Below the pieces are notes generated by a model. The model saw only the letters and a list, made by a program, of their open reading frames with translations. It was not told the origin of the DNA and did not search any database. This document shows positions 19,056-27,287 of a stretch of DNA of 64,000 bases, piece by piece. Made by a program: the position numbers and the translations under genes. Numbering within the stretch: the first letter of the stretch is position 1; each line of letters begins with the position of its first letter. Source of the DNA: Planctomycetota bacterium (GTDB lineage Bacteria > Planctomycetota > Planctomycetia > Gemmatales > Gemmataceae); NCBI GenBank assembly GCA_009920765.1, contig RFZJ01000005.1, positions 25,673-89,672 of the forward strand, read 5' to 3'.

Positions 19056-20627
19056 ATGGTTAAGTCGAACAATGAAAAAGTTTTGGTTGTAGGTGGTGGG
19101 TTGGCTGGACTGGCATCCGCCTGCACATTGGCTGCAAGGGGCTACAAAGTTGAGTTGTTCGAAAAGAATGATTGGCTTGGTGGAAAGGCAGCGGTTCTTG
19201 AAAAAGACGGCTATCGATTTGACATGGGGCCTACGATTCTTACCATTCCTTCGGTGCTTAGGCGCATCTTTGCCGAAGCTGGGCGAACAATGGAAGATTA
19301 TATTCCCATGGTCAAGCTGGAGCCTCAATGGCGCTCCTTCTTTGATGATGGTTCTATTCTTGATCTTGTGAGTGACGAGAAAACCATGCAGGAAAATTTG
19401 GGGAAGTTTGGCCCCAACTGCGCCAGCGGGTATAAGAAATTCCTGCAGTATTCTGAAAGGCTGAATCGTATATCGCAACGATTCTTCTTTTGGAAATCCA
19501 TCGGCGGCCTTCGCGATATGTTTGACTGGCGCACCATGTTTCAACCAGGAAGCTTGACGGATGTGCTGGCAATCAACATGGGAAAATCTGTGGCCCAGTG
19601 TGTACGGGGTTTTGTTCCCGAGCATCGTGTTTCGCAAATGATCGATCACTTTACGCAGTATGTTGGTTCTTCGCCTTACCAATCTCCCGCAGTTCTATGC
19701 GGTATTGCGCATATGCAAACCAGCGAAGGCATTTGGTATCCCATGGGAGGTACAGGTGCAGTGCCCAAGGGGCTTAAAAAGTTGGGAGAAGAATTAGGGA
19801 TTGTGTTTCATACAGGCAAGGGTGTTAAGAGAATCATCAACGATGGTAAAAGGGCCCTTGGGATTGTCCTTGAAAATGGTGAGGAAATTCTTGCCGCTGC
19901 TGTTGTTTCAAATTGTGATACGGTAAGAACGCACAGGGAATTGATTCCGGATACCCGCGCAGCCTACAAGTTTGAAGCCCGTCGCAAGTACGAACCAGCA
20001 TGTTCCGGTGTTGTTCTTTATCTTGGCCTTGATAAAAGATACGAGCAATTAGAGCACCACGACTTTGTATTCTCCAAGGATCCTGAAGAGGAATTCGACT
20101 GGATTTATAATAAGGGCGAACCCGCACCAGACCCTTCCTGTTATGTTTGTGCACCTGCAAAAACCGATCCATCGGTTGCACCAAACGGCGGTGAAGCCTT
20201 GTATATCCTGGTTCATACCCCCTATTTGCGCAAGCATCACGATTGGTCGAAAATGCTTCCCGAATACAGGAAGGTGATATTGGAAAAGATGGAACGTACC
20301 GCTGGGCTTAAAGATCTGCAAAAACACATTCGCTTTGAATCTGCGCTTACCCCGCAGGATATCAACGATCGCTATCATGTTCTTAATGGGGCTATCTATG
20401 GTCTGGCTAGCCATGGCAAGGTGTTTGGTGCATTCAAGCCCTCGAATCGAAGCCCAGATCTTAAGTCGCTGTATTTTTCAGGAGGCTCTGCACACCCGGG
20501 GCCTGGTATGCCGATGGTGCTTATGTCTGGATGGATCGCTGCGGATACCCTCGATAAAGATGGAATTGCCCCGTCCCATGGCGAAAAGCATGGAAATAAA
20601 CAGGCCTTGGCGCATAGCAATTCATGA
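19056..20627 (+). CDS. crtP: CrtI-family carotenoid oxidase, closest by eye to diaponeurosporene/diapolycopene oxygenase CrtP
   Basis: VLVVGGGLAGLA. FDMGPTILT. LEPQWRSFFDDGSILDL, YVGSSPYQSPAVL...HMQTSEGIWY and YFSGGSAHPGPGMPMVLMSG parallel the S. aureus CrtP sequence from memory. AGGAG RBS upstream. Confidence 0.65.
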   Translation: MVKSNNEKVLVVGGGLAGLASACTLAARGYKVELFEKNDWLGGKAAVLEKDGYRFDMGPTILTIPSVLRRIFAEAGRTMEDYIPMVKLEPQWRSFFDDGSILDLVSDEKTMQENLGKFGPNCASGYKKFLQYSERLNRISQRFFFWKSIGGLRDMFDWRTMFQPGSLTDVLAINMGKSVAQCVRGFVPEHRVSQMIDHFTQYVGSSPYQSPAVLCGIAHMQTSEGIWYPMGGTGAVPKGLKKLGEELGIVFHTGKGVKRIINDGKRALGIVLENGEEILAAAVVSNCDTVRTHRELIPDTRAAYKFEARRKYEPACSGVVLYLGLDKRYEQLEHHDFVFSKDPEEEFDWIYNKGEPAPDPSCYVCAPAKTDPSVAPNGGEALYILVHTPYLRKHHDWSKMLPEYRKVILEKMERTAGLKDLQKHIRFESALTPQDINDRYHVLNGAIYGLASHGKVFGAFKPSNRSPDLKSLYFSGGSAHPGPGMPMVLMSGWIAADTLDKDGIAPSHGEKHGNKQALAHSNS

Positions 20628-21445
20628 AAGATAATGCCCTAAAAGAAAGGCAACACGGGTCTCTTCCCAGACGCTGGGCATTGATCACTTCATGGTTTTT
20701 GTGGTACTGCCGTAATTATGTTGCCAAGAACTTTCATGCACTCCGGATATCAAAGACTGGTTTGCCCAAGGATCCCGGGGAAGGGCCGCTTGTTTTTCTT
20801 TTGAACCATCCTTCCTGGTGGGATCCTATAACAGGAATATTGCTTTCTAAGATTTTCACCAGCAGGATTCCCTACTGCCCGATTGATTCCAGAGGCATGG
20901 GCAAGTATAAATTTTTCTCATGGCTTGGGTTTTATAGTGTTGAAATCGGCACCACGAAGGGGGCTATCGGGTTCTTTAAAACAACCTCTTATATATTGAA
21001 CCAGCCAGGCACCATGGTTTGGATCACGGGGCAGGGGCAGTTTTCGGACGCAAGGGAAAGGCCGGTGAAGATTCGCCCTGGGTTAGGCCATCTTGCACGA
21101 AAATTGGTGGGGGGGCATGTTGTGCCTGTTGCAATTGAGTACCCGTTTTGGAATGAACGCTACCCCGAGGCATTGGTACGCTTTGGCTCCCCCATTCCTT
21201 TGGGTAAAGGGAAGGATAATACCGTGGAAGATTGGACCAGCATTTTTGAATCAGCACTTGAACAGAACATGAATGAACTATCTTTGGAAGCTCTTGCACG
21301 AGATTCGGATTTATTTGTAACCCATATTAAAGGAAGGGCCGGGGTTGGGGGTGTCTATGATTTTTGGCGACGATTAAAATCCTGGGTCCGGGGCAAGCCC
21401 TTTGATGCAGAGCATGGCTTTAATAACGAGGGCCCCCGGGAATGA
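20624..21445 (+). CDS. PlsC-family (lysophospholipid) acyltransferase, probably the carotenoid-glycoside acyltransferase of the cluster
   Basis: HX4D acyltransferase motif NHPSWWD. Second block FSDARERP-like region and VPVAIEY. ATGA overlaps with both neighbouring genes. Confidence 0.7.
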   Translation: MKDNALKERQHGSLPRRWALITSWFLWYCRNYVAKNFHALRISKTGLPKDPGEGPLVFLLNHPSWWDPITGILLSKIFTSRIPYCPIDSRGMGKYKFFSWLGFYSVEIGTTKGAIGFFKTTSYILNQPGTMVWITGQGQFSDARERPVKIRPGLGHLARKLVGGHVVPVAIEYPFWNERYPEALVRFGSPIPLGKGKDNTVEDWTSIFESALEQNMNELSLEALARDSDLFVTHIKGRAGVGGVYDFWRRLKSWVRGKPFDAEHGFNNEGPRE

Positions 21446-22569
21446 TTTGGATTGTTATTGTCGCCTGTGTTCTGGCTGCGGCATTGCCTTTGCTCATGAT
21501 GATTTCGAACCTTAAGGCCTACCTGCCGCCTGCATATGATTTGAATTTAAGATCTCAAATATCTATATTGATTCCAGCAAGAAACGAGGAGGGTGGCATA
21601 GAGGCTGCAATTCGCAGTGCGCTGGCTACAGAAAACGCAGAAGTAGAGGTGGTGGTTCTAGACGACCATTCCGAAGATGATACCGCAGCAATTGTTTCCA
21701 AGATGGCGCTGCTGGATTCGAGGGTGCGGTTGGAAAAAGCCCCGGAGCTTCCTTCAGGATGGTGCGGGAAGCAACATGCCTGCCATGTTTTATCGCAAAG
21801 GGCCCGATATGAGTATCTGTTGTTTCAAGATGCAGATGTAAGATTGAAAAAAGATTGCGCCCCAAGATTGGTTGCATTCATGCAGCAAAGCAAGGCAGAG
21901 TTGGTGAGTGGCATACCATGGCAAGAAACAGGCACTTGGTCTGAAAAAATGGTGATACCACTAATCCACTTTGTACTGCTTGGTTTTTTGCCCATAAAGA
22001 GGATGAGGCTGTCCACAAGCCCCGCTTTTGCAGCTGGATGCGGGCAGTTGTTCCTTGCAAGAAAGCACTCTTACGAGCAAATGGGCGGGCATTCTTCGAT
22101 CAAACAATCGTTGCATGATGGTATTACCCTGCCCCGGTCTTACAGAAAAAACGGCATGATGACCGATTTGTGTGATGTAACAGAATTGGCAGATTGCAGG
22201 ATGTACCGCGGATTCGGGCAGGTTTGGTCTGGGTTGGCGAAAAATGCAACCGAAGGCATGGCCAAGCCTTTTCTTTTAACATTTTTCACCATCTTTCTTC
22301 TGGTTGGGCAGGTTATTCCATTTGGAATCGTTGGTCCTATCTGGTACTTTGAATCATGCTGGGGTTTAAGATTAGCATCAGTGCTTGCAGTCTGCCTTGC
22401 TTACAGTGCAAGATTTATTGCAAAAGTTGCGTTTAGGCAATCGATATTTGGTGCCTTGATGCACCCGCTGGGAATCTTAATATTACTGGCAATACAATGG
22501 TACGCATTAATTCGCCAGGGAATAGGCAAACCTTCCGGATGGAAAGGAAGGTCTTACCACGGATCATAA
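21442..22569 (+). CDS. crtQ: Family-2 glycosyltransferase, CrtQ-like (diaponeurosporenoate/diapolycopenoate glycosyltransferase type)
   Basis: N-terminal TM helix then ILIPARNEEGGIE...VVVLDDHSEDDT (GT2 DxD region). GWCGKQHAC. Multi-TM C-terminus ending WKGRSY. All of these parallel S. aureus CrtQ as I recall it. Confidence 0.65.
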   Translation: MIWIVIVACVLAAALPLLMMISNLKAYLPPAYDLNLRSQISILIPARNEEGGIEAAIRSALATENAEVEVVVLDDHSEDDTAAIVSKMALLDSRVRLEKAPELPSGWCGKQHACHVLSQRARYEYLLFQDADVRLKKDCAPRLVAFMQQSKAELVSGIPWQETGTWSEKMVIPLIHFVLLGFLPIKRMRLSTSPAFAAGCGQLFLARKHSYEQMGGHSSIKQSLHDGITLPRSYRKNGMMTDLCDVTELADCRMYRGFGQVWSGLAKNATEGMAKPFLLTFFTIFLLVGQVIPFGIVGPIWYFESCWGLRLASVLAVCLAYSARFIAKVAFRQSIFGALMHPLGILILLAIQWYALIRQGIGKPSGWKGRSYHGS

Positions 22570-22594
22570 AGTCTAGGCCGAGGCTAATTGAAAA

Positions 22595-23284
22595 GTGAAT
22601 TCACCCCTTTCAAAAACAAAAAAAGCATCTTGGGCTCCATTGAAAGAAACCCGCAGTTTCATCAAGGAAGTTGTGGGTCGGTTTGGTACTACAGGTGCGA
22701 TACTTCCGAGTAGCAAATATCTGGCACGAGCCATCTGCGCAACCCTGCGAGGCGAAAGGGCCCCCTGGAATATTTTGGAAGTAGGCCCAGGAACCGGTGC
22801 AATCACCCGCGAAATCGCCAAGGTGCTAAAACCAGGCGACACCCTTACCGCAATCGAAATCAACGAAAGTTTTGCAGAACATCTGCGCCATGATATCCAG
22901 ACAAAAAAAGAGTATTCAAAGACCAAAGATCAGATAAAGGTATTGGTGGGCAAACTCGAAGATCTGAGCGGAAGTGCAGTTTATGATTGCATAATATCCG
23001 GATTGCCCATGAACAACTTTGAAGGGGAAATAGTCAAACAGATTTTTTCAGTGTTTAGAAGCCTGATGAAACAGGGAGCGCCACTGAGTTATTACGAATA
23101 CTTTGCTATTCGAAATTTGAAATATCCCTTCGTACCCCAGACCGAAAAGAAAAGGCTGAGGGAAGTGAGCGAAATCGTGGACGAGGAAATCAAAAAGTAC
23201 CAGATACGGTCAAGAAAAGTATGGATGAATGTACCACCCGCCGTGGTGCGCACGCTTGTTCTAAATCCTATCAGCAACAAATAA
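22595..23284 (+). CDS. Class I SAM-dependent methyltransferase (phospholipid N-methyltransferase-like, COG3963-type)
   Basis: GAILPSSKYLARAI followed by the SAM motif I, ILEVGPGTGAITREI. Motif II-like VYDCIISGLP. Confidence 0.7.
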   Translation: MNSPLSKTKKASWAPLKETRSFIKEVVGRFGTTGAILPSSKYLARAICATLRGERAPWNILEVGPGTGAITREIAKVLKPGDTLTAIEINESFAEHLRHDIQTKKEYSKTKDQIKVLVGKLEDLSGSAVYDCIISGLPMNNFEGEIVKQIFSVFRSLMKQGAPLSYYEYFAIRNLKYPFVPQTEKKRLREVSEIVDEEIKKYQIRSRKVWMNVPPAVVRTLVLNPISNK

Positions 23285-23316
23285 CGTTGTTCGAAAAAGT
23301 TGGTGGTCATTAAAAG

Positions 23317-23358
23317 AAGCCAGGGCCCCCGTTATACCGGAGGCCCTGGCTTGATTTT
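23317..23358. terminator. Bidirectional Rho-independent terminator
   Basis: Perfect 11-bp stem aagccagggcc / ggccctggctt (23317-23327 / 23342-23352). Flanked by ttaaaag upstream and gattttat downstream. It lies between convergent genes. Confidence 0.8.
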
Positions 23359-23376
23359 ATCAACTATTCTTTAGGA

Positions 23377-24318
23377 CTACTTGCAGCAAGAATTGCAATC
23401 GCTCTTCTTGTGGGAAGCAAGCTTGCAGCGAAGGTCGCCGAACTTGCCCTTCAAGTTGTCAAGGATGCCACACTTTGCAGCGCAAGGATCACAGTCAGCA
23501 ACTTGCTTTTCAACAGTCTTTTCAACCATTCTGCAAGCTTTGACTTTTTCTTCAACAGGTACACACTTCATAACCTTGCGGGTAGCTTCGTAAGCAACTT
23601 TCTTAGGTACGCATACGGTGTACTTTTCGGTCTTAACTTCGGTTACGCATTTCTTAACGCAAACCTGAACTTTGACCTGCTTTTGAACCTTTTTGCAAAC
23701 TTGAACGTTTACCTTGGTTGGAACGCATTCGGTAACCTTTTCCATCTTGGTAACCTTGCATTCTTCCCAAACCTTGTTGGGAACCCAGCACTTGACGGTC
23801 TTGGTCTTGGTTGCGCAAGCGTCTTCACACTTGGTTTCGCAGCAATCGTTCTTCTTGAACTTGCCTAGAAGGCCTTTCAAGCGATCGGTGATGCTGGGGC
23901 CACAAGGAACTTCCCTGCATTCCCAATGACCCTTGTCAACACACTTCTTAACAGTGCAAGTAACAGGCTTGCAAGTGGTGACTTTCTTCATGATGGTGCG
24001 TTCTTCGCAGGTTTTAACCCATTCACATACGGTGCGGGTTTCTTCCTTCATTTCATTCACGATCCTGTTTACGTTACAGGTGCGGGTGCGTTCTTCTTTT
24101 ACATTTTCGCATTTGTATGCGGTGTACTTTTCTTCAACGCATTGTTGCTTGTTGACAATCCGAGTGGTTTCATAATACTCGGGTACCAGTACTTTGTAAG
24201 AAACAGTACGGGTTGCTGGTGCAGTTACTGGTTTGGCTTCTTCGGCCCGAACGACGTTAGCCGTCGTGGCCATGAAGAAGCTCGCCAACAATGCCAGGCG
24301 GGTTCGCTTCCAAAACAT
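23377..24318 (-). CDS. Secreted Cys/Lys/Val/Thr-rich repeat protein of the planctomycetal YTV type
   Basis: Signal peptide MFWKRTRLALLASFFMATTANVVRA. About 30 Cys in 313 aa, spaced every 6-12 residues in K/T/V-x-x-V-x-x-C contexts. Literal KYTVCVP and KYTAYKC motifs. AAGGAG RBS 6 nt upstream of the ATG. Confidence 0.8.
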   Translation of the reverse strand: MFWKRTRLALLASFFMATTANVVRAEEAKPVTAPATRTVSYKVLVPEYYETTRIVNKQQCVEEKYTAYKCENVKEERTRTCNVNRIVNEMKEETRTVCEWVKTCEERTIMKKVTTCKPVTCTVKKCVDKGHWECREVPCGPSITDRLKGLLGKFKKNDCCETKCEDACATKTKTVKCWVPNKVWEECKVTKMEKVTECVPTKVNVQVCKKVQKQVKVQVCVKKCVTEVKTEKYTVCVPKKVAYEATRKVMKCVPVEEKVKACRMVEKTVEKQVADCDPCAAKCGILDNLKGKFGDLRCKLASHKKSDCNSCCK

Positions 24319-24626
24319 GCTCTACTCCTTGGTTGCAGTTGCGTCGATCGGTGTCACACGAAACATTCGGCGACTAAAAACGATCAAACCTTTACTCGAA
24401 GCAAATATGCCCAATCGCGGAGATATGGCAAAAAAAAGAAGGTTGGTTAATACAAAAAGTTTCCGCAAGGTGTTCCGGTTATAAGTGATCTATCGATTAA
24501 GTCGACCCATAGGTTCTAGAAGCTAAACCTGCTTGGGTAAGATATGCATAGTAATAAGCGCCTAAAGATGTCTGTAGATGTTTTGTAACCGTTACCGTTT
24601 GCCTGGAAACATAGTCTTTCGGATCC

Positions 24627-25715
24627 CTAATTTCCCTTTAAGGCCATAAATGTTCCCAGCACGAACATACTCAGCCCAAATAGCACCAACAGCCAGCATG
24701 ATATTTTTGGGAATGGGAATTCAATCTGGGTATTGGAGTCATCAGGCGGGTATGCGACGCCCTTAAATGGTGGCGCCCAGATGGGTTTGCCTTCGGGGTT
24801 TATAATAGTTAGCTTGGGTCTGGATAGGTATAAAGCCATGCATGAACAGGTTAAAAGAGAAAAAGTGCCGCCGTAAAGCCAAAATGGTGAGGCTACTCCA
24901 GCAGCTTCGATCTGGTTTAAGATTTCAAAGGAAGGGCCATCGCGGGAGATTTGAATCATGCTTAAACTATTGTTCATAAAATGCAGCAACATGGGCATGA
25001 ATAAAGATCGTGTCCAAAGGTAAACGCTATGTAGGATAACCCCCAAAACCGTTGCGTAAGCAATTTGTCTGGGTTCTACATGCATGATTCCAAATAAAAG
25101 GGAACTTAGCAAAACCCCTTTGATCACGCCATGATTTGCAATCAAGCCTCTTCCAAGAAACCCCCTGCACCAAAGTTCTTCGCCAATTGCAGGGCCAATC
25201 CCGATAATAAGGACGCCCAACCACCAGGGCCAGTTTGAAAAACTTACAATTGCATTTTCCATGTGAATGATTTCAGGAAGGAAGGGCCTGACCAGTTTAT
25301 CAATGCCCTCGCCCAGAAATACCAAGGCCGGGAATAAAGTTAGAGTGAGAAGAACATGATGCCATGGGGGAAGTCGTAAAGCAATCCTGCGTGGCCAATC
25401 TTTGCCTGCGCTGAAGCGTAACACGGTGATACCAACGATGACTGTTAAAATTTGCGAAAGTGCAAGTGCAGGGGCAAGCATGAAAGAATACTCTGCAGAT
25501 TCTTGAAACTCTTGTTCTTGTGCCAAACCCAGAAGCGATGCAAAATCCCCCTCCCTCCAGCCTTTGAACATGATGAGCGCAATGACTACAAGGGCGCCAG
25601 GCACCTGGGTTGCGACTAGAAAGAACAAAACCCAAAGGAAAGCAAAGGGCGCACTGGGGTGTGGCGCATTATATGCGGCGGGGGTATCATTCAAAGGTTC
25701 TATGGCATTATCCAT
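24627..25715 (-). CDS. CPBP-family intramembrane glutamic endopeptidase (CAAX protease / Abi family)
   Basis: Multi-TM protein with the three CPBP motifs: GEELWCRGFLGRG, FGIMH, LHFMNN. Confidence 0.88.
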   Translation of the reverse strand: MDNAIEPLNDTPAAYNAPHPSAPFAFLWVLFFLVATQVPGALVVIALIMFKGWREGDFASLLGLAQEQEFQESAEYSFMLAPALALSQILTVIVGITVLRFSAGKDWPRRIALRLPPWHHVLLTLTLFPALVFLGEGIDKLVRPFLPEIIHMENAIVSFSNWPWWLGVLIIGIGPAIGEELWCRGFLGRGLIANHGVIKGVLLSSLLFGIMHVEPRQIAYATVLGVILHSVYLWTRSLFMPMLLHFMNNSLSMIQISRDGPSFEILNQIEAAGVASPFWLYGGTFSLLTCSCMALYLSRPKLTIINPEGKPIWAPPFKGVAYPPDDSNTQIEFPFPKISCWLLVLFGLSMFVLGTFMALKGN

Positions 25716-25724
25716 GATGGCCTT

Positions 25725-27287
25725 TTAATAACCTGGCCAGCCGCAATCAAGCATCGCATCGTAAATCCAGGGATGCCGCCATGCATTCCAACCCGGATAG
25801 TTCGCAGCAAGCACCGCAAAGATCAAGAGTAGCAAAGCGATCAGCCTTCCTGTTTTGGATTTAGCCATGCCATCAATGACGGGAACAGCGGTAAGCAGGA
25901 AGATGGGTGCAATCCACATCAGCCATCGGGGGCCAACAGCAAAGCCACCGTAATTGTCACTTTTGAAAATATAAAAAACAATTACGACTGTGCCAACGAT
26001 GGCGGAGGTAAGCGCAAGAAAGCCCCAGGATTTGCTGGAGTGTTGGTAAAAGGGGGTGCGGGCCAAAGCAATGAGAGCCAGAAGAAAGACTGGGGTAAGG
26101 GAGAAGAATCCATGATGGCCAAGTAATAAATGAAAGGTATAGGTTGCCCTGGTTTCGCCATTGTATCTGGCCCAATCGATCCCTCTGCGAATCATACCTT
26201 CGAAAATACGCCAGTGGCTTCCTTCGTAAGTGTACCAAGGGCTGCCAAACTCGCTGTATGCAGGCCGCCATTGCCCCATTGCAACCTGGTTGGAAGCGAG
26301 AAGTAGAAATATGGGAATTGCAGCGCAGGGAAGATAAACAAGAATGGTTTGCCTGGGAAACTTGAACAATCCAATCAAGGCAACGAATGCCAGAAATGCA
26401 AGCGAAGGCAGTTCGTTGCAAACAGCAAAGCCACAAAGCAATCCAACGATTGCAAACCAGAGAGAGCCCTGCCAAACAGCCTTGGATTTTGTCTCAGCGA
26501 TTTCCTGAATGCGAACAATGCCATAAATTGCGAACAGGATTGAAAAAGTGGCCATCGTATGATTGTTGAAGCTGTTCAAGAAAGGTAAAACACTTGTGCC
26601 TATTGCAGCGATGGTAAGAGCATAAATGCAGGCCCAATCAGATTGCGAAAAACGTTGCAACAATGCCCAGAAGACAAGGAGGTAGATGAAGAATGGAATA
26701 AGGTTGATGGTAAACAGGATGATGCGAACGACACCAAAGGGGTGTTCTTTCAAGGTCCAACCTGTCAGCTTTTTGATGATCCAGTATTCGCCTGCAACCA
26801 TGATGGGAAGCAAGGGTGGCTTGGTGGAATAGAAATTAAGTTCATCAGGATGAAGGACAAGATCAACTGTCTGCCAGCCTTCTTCGAAAGAGATTCCGGA
26901 GCTTGAGGAAATTCTTTTGGAAAGGCCGCATGCTGCGGTGGTGAGGGCGGGAAGAAGTTCAGTCTGGCCTGTTTGGGCCACTGCAGTAAGAATGTAGGCA
27001 AAGGTGTCGCGTTTGCCTACGATGAAGGTGCCATCATCCACCAGAGATCTAACCGTGGCCCAACGTGAACGATCATTGGAACTGAAAGTAGGCATTGGGG
27101 TAGGCCTGGTGGTGGGCCATGCAGATCTTGATCCTGGTAATTCTCCCGGGGCTCTGTGGTACGAGGGTTCATAAAGCCTTTGTGCAGATAAAAGCTTGGC
27201 TAAAGCAATCGCCATTGCAAGCGCAATCACGATGCCAGCAATGCTGGAAGCGGAAAAGCCTTCTCGTTGGGATGCTGGGTTAGCCAT
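25725..27287 (-). CDS. Polytopic membrane protein, possibly a GT-C-fold glycosyltransferase; function unknown
   Basis: 520 aa with more than 10 predicted TM segments and a roughly 130-aa loop after TM1 (SNDRSRWATVRSLVDDGTF...). The architecture is reminiscent of ArnT/PMT-like enzymes, but I recognise no diagnostic motif. Confidence 0.45.
   Translation of the reverse strand: MANPASQREGFSASSIAGIVIALAMAIALAKLLSAQRLYEPSYHRAPGELPGSRSAWPTTRPTPMPTFSSNDRSRWATVRSLVDDGTFIVGKRDTFAYILTAVAQTGQTELLPALTTAACGLSKRISSSSGISFEEGWQTVDLVLHPDELNFYSTKPPLLPIMVAGEYWIIKKLTGWTLKEHPFGVVRIILFTINLIPFFIYLLVFWALLQRFSQSDWACIYALTIAAIGTSVLPFLNSFNNHTMATFSILFAIYGIVRIQEIAETKSKAVWQGSLWFAIVGLLCGFAVCNELPSLAFLAFVALIGLFKFPRQTILVYLPCAAIPIFLLLASNQVAMGQWRPAYSEFGSPWYTYEGSHWRIFEGMIRRGIDWARYNGETRATYTFHLLLGHHGFFSLTPVFLLALIALARTPFYQHSSKSWGFLALTSAIVGTVVIVFYIFKSDNYGGFAVGPRWLMWIAPIFLLTAVPVIDGMAKSKTGRLIALLLLIFAVLAANYPGWNAWRHPWIYDAMLDCGWPGY

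Noticed and set aside
18942-19682. A 246-aa minus-strand ORF spanning the crtN/crtP junction.
   Set aside because: It is antisense to two genes with clear FAD-binding motifs and RBSs. Its translation has no recognisable family features.
22573-22926. A 117-aa minus-strand ORF overlapping the methyltransferase start.
   Set aside because: The plus-strand frame contains the SAM-binding motif, and the antisense product is featureless.
23410-24450. Long plus-strand ORFs (152, 174, 80 and 71 aa) antisense to the YTV-type gene.
   Set aside because: Their translations are low-complexity mirror images (L/F/N/V-rich) of the repetitive K/V/T/C codons on the coding strand. They have no signal, motif or RBS. 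The minus-strand protein has a signal peptide, an RBS and a terminator.
24425-24484. A short, highly basic ORF (MAKKRRLVNTKSFRKVFRL) in the spacer upstream of the YTV gene. It superficially resembles a small ribosomal protein.
   Set aside because: It does not match bL34 or bL36 motifs, has no convincing RBS, and is on the strand opposite to the flanking genes.
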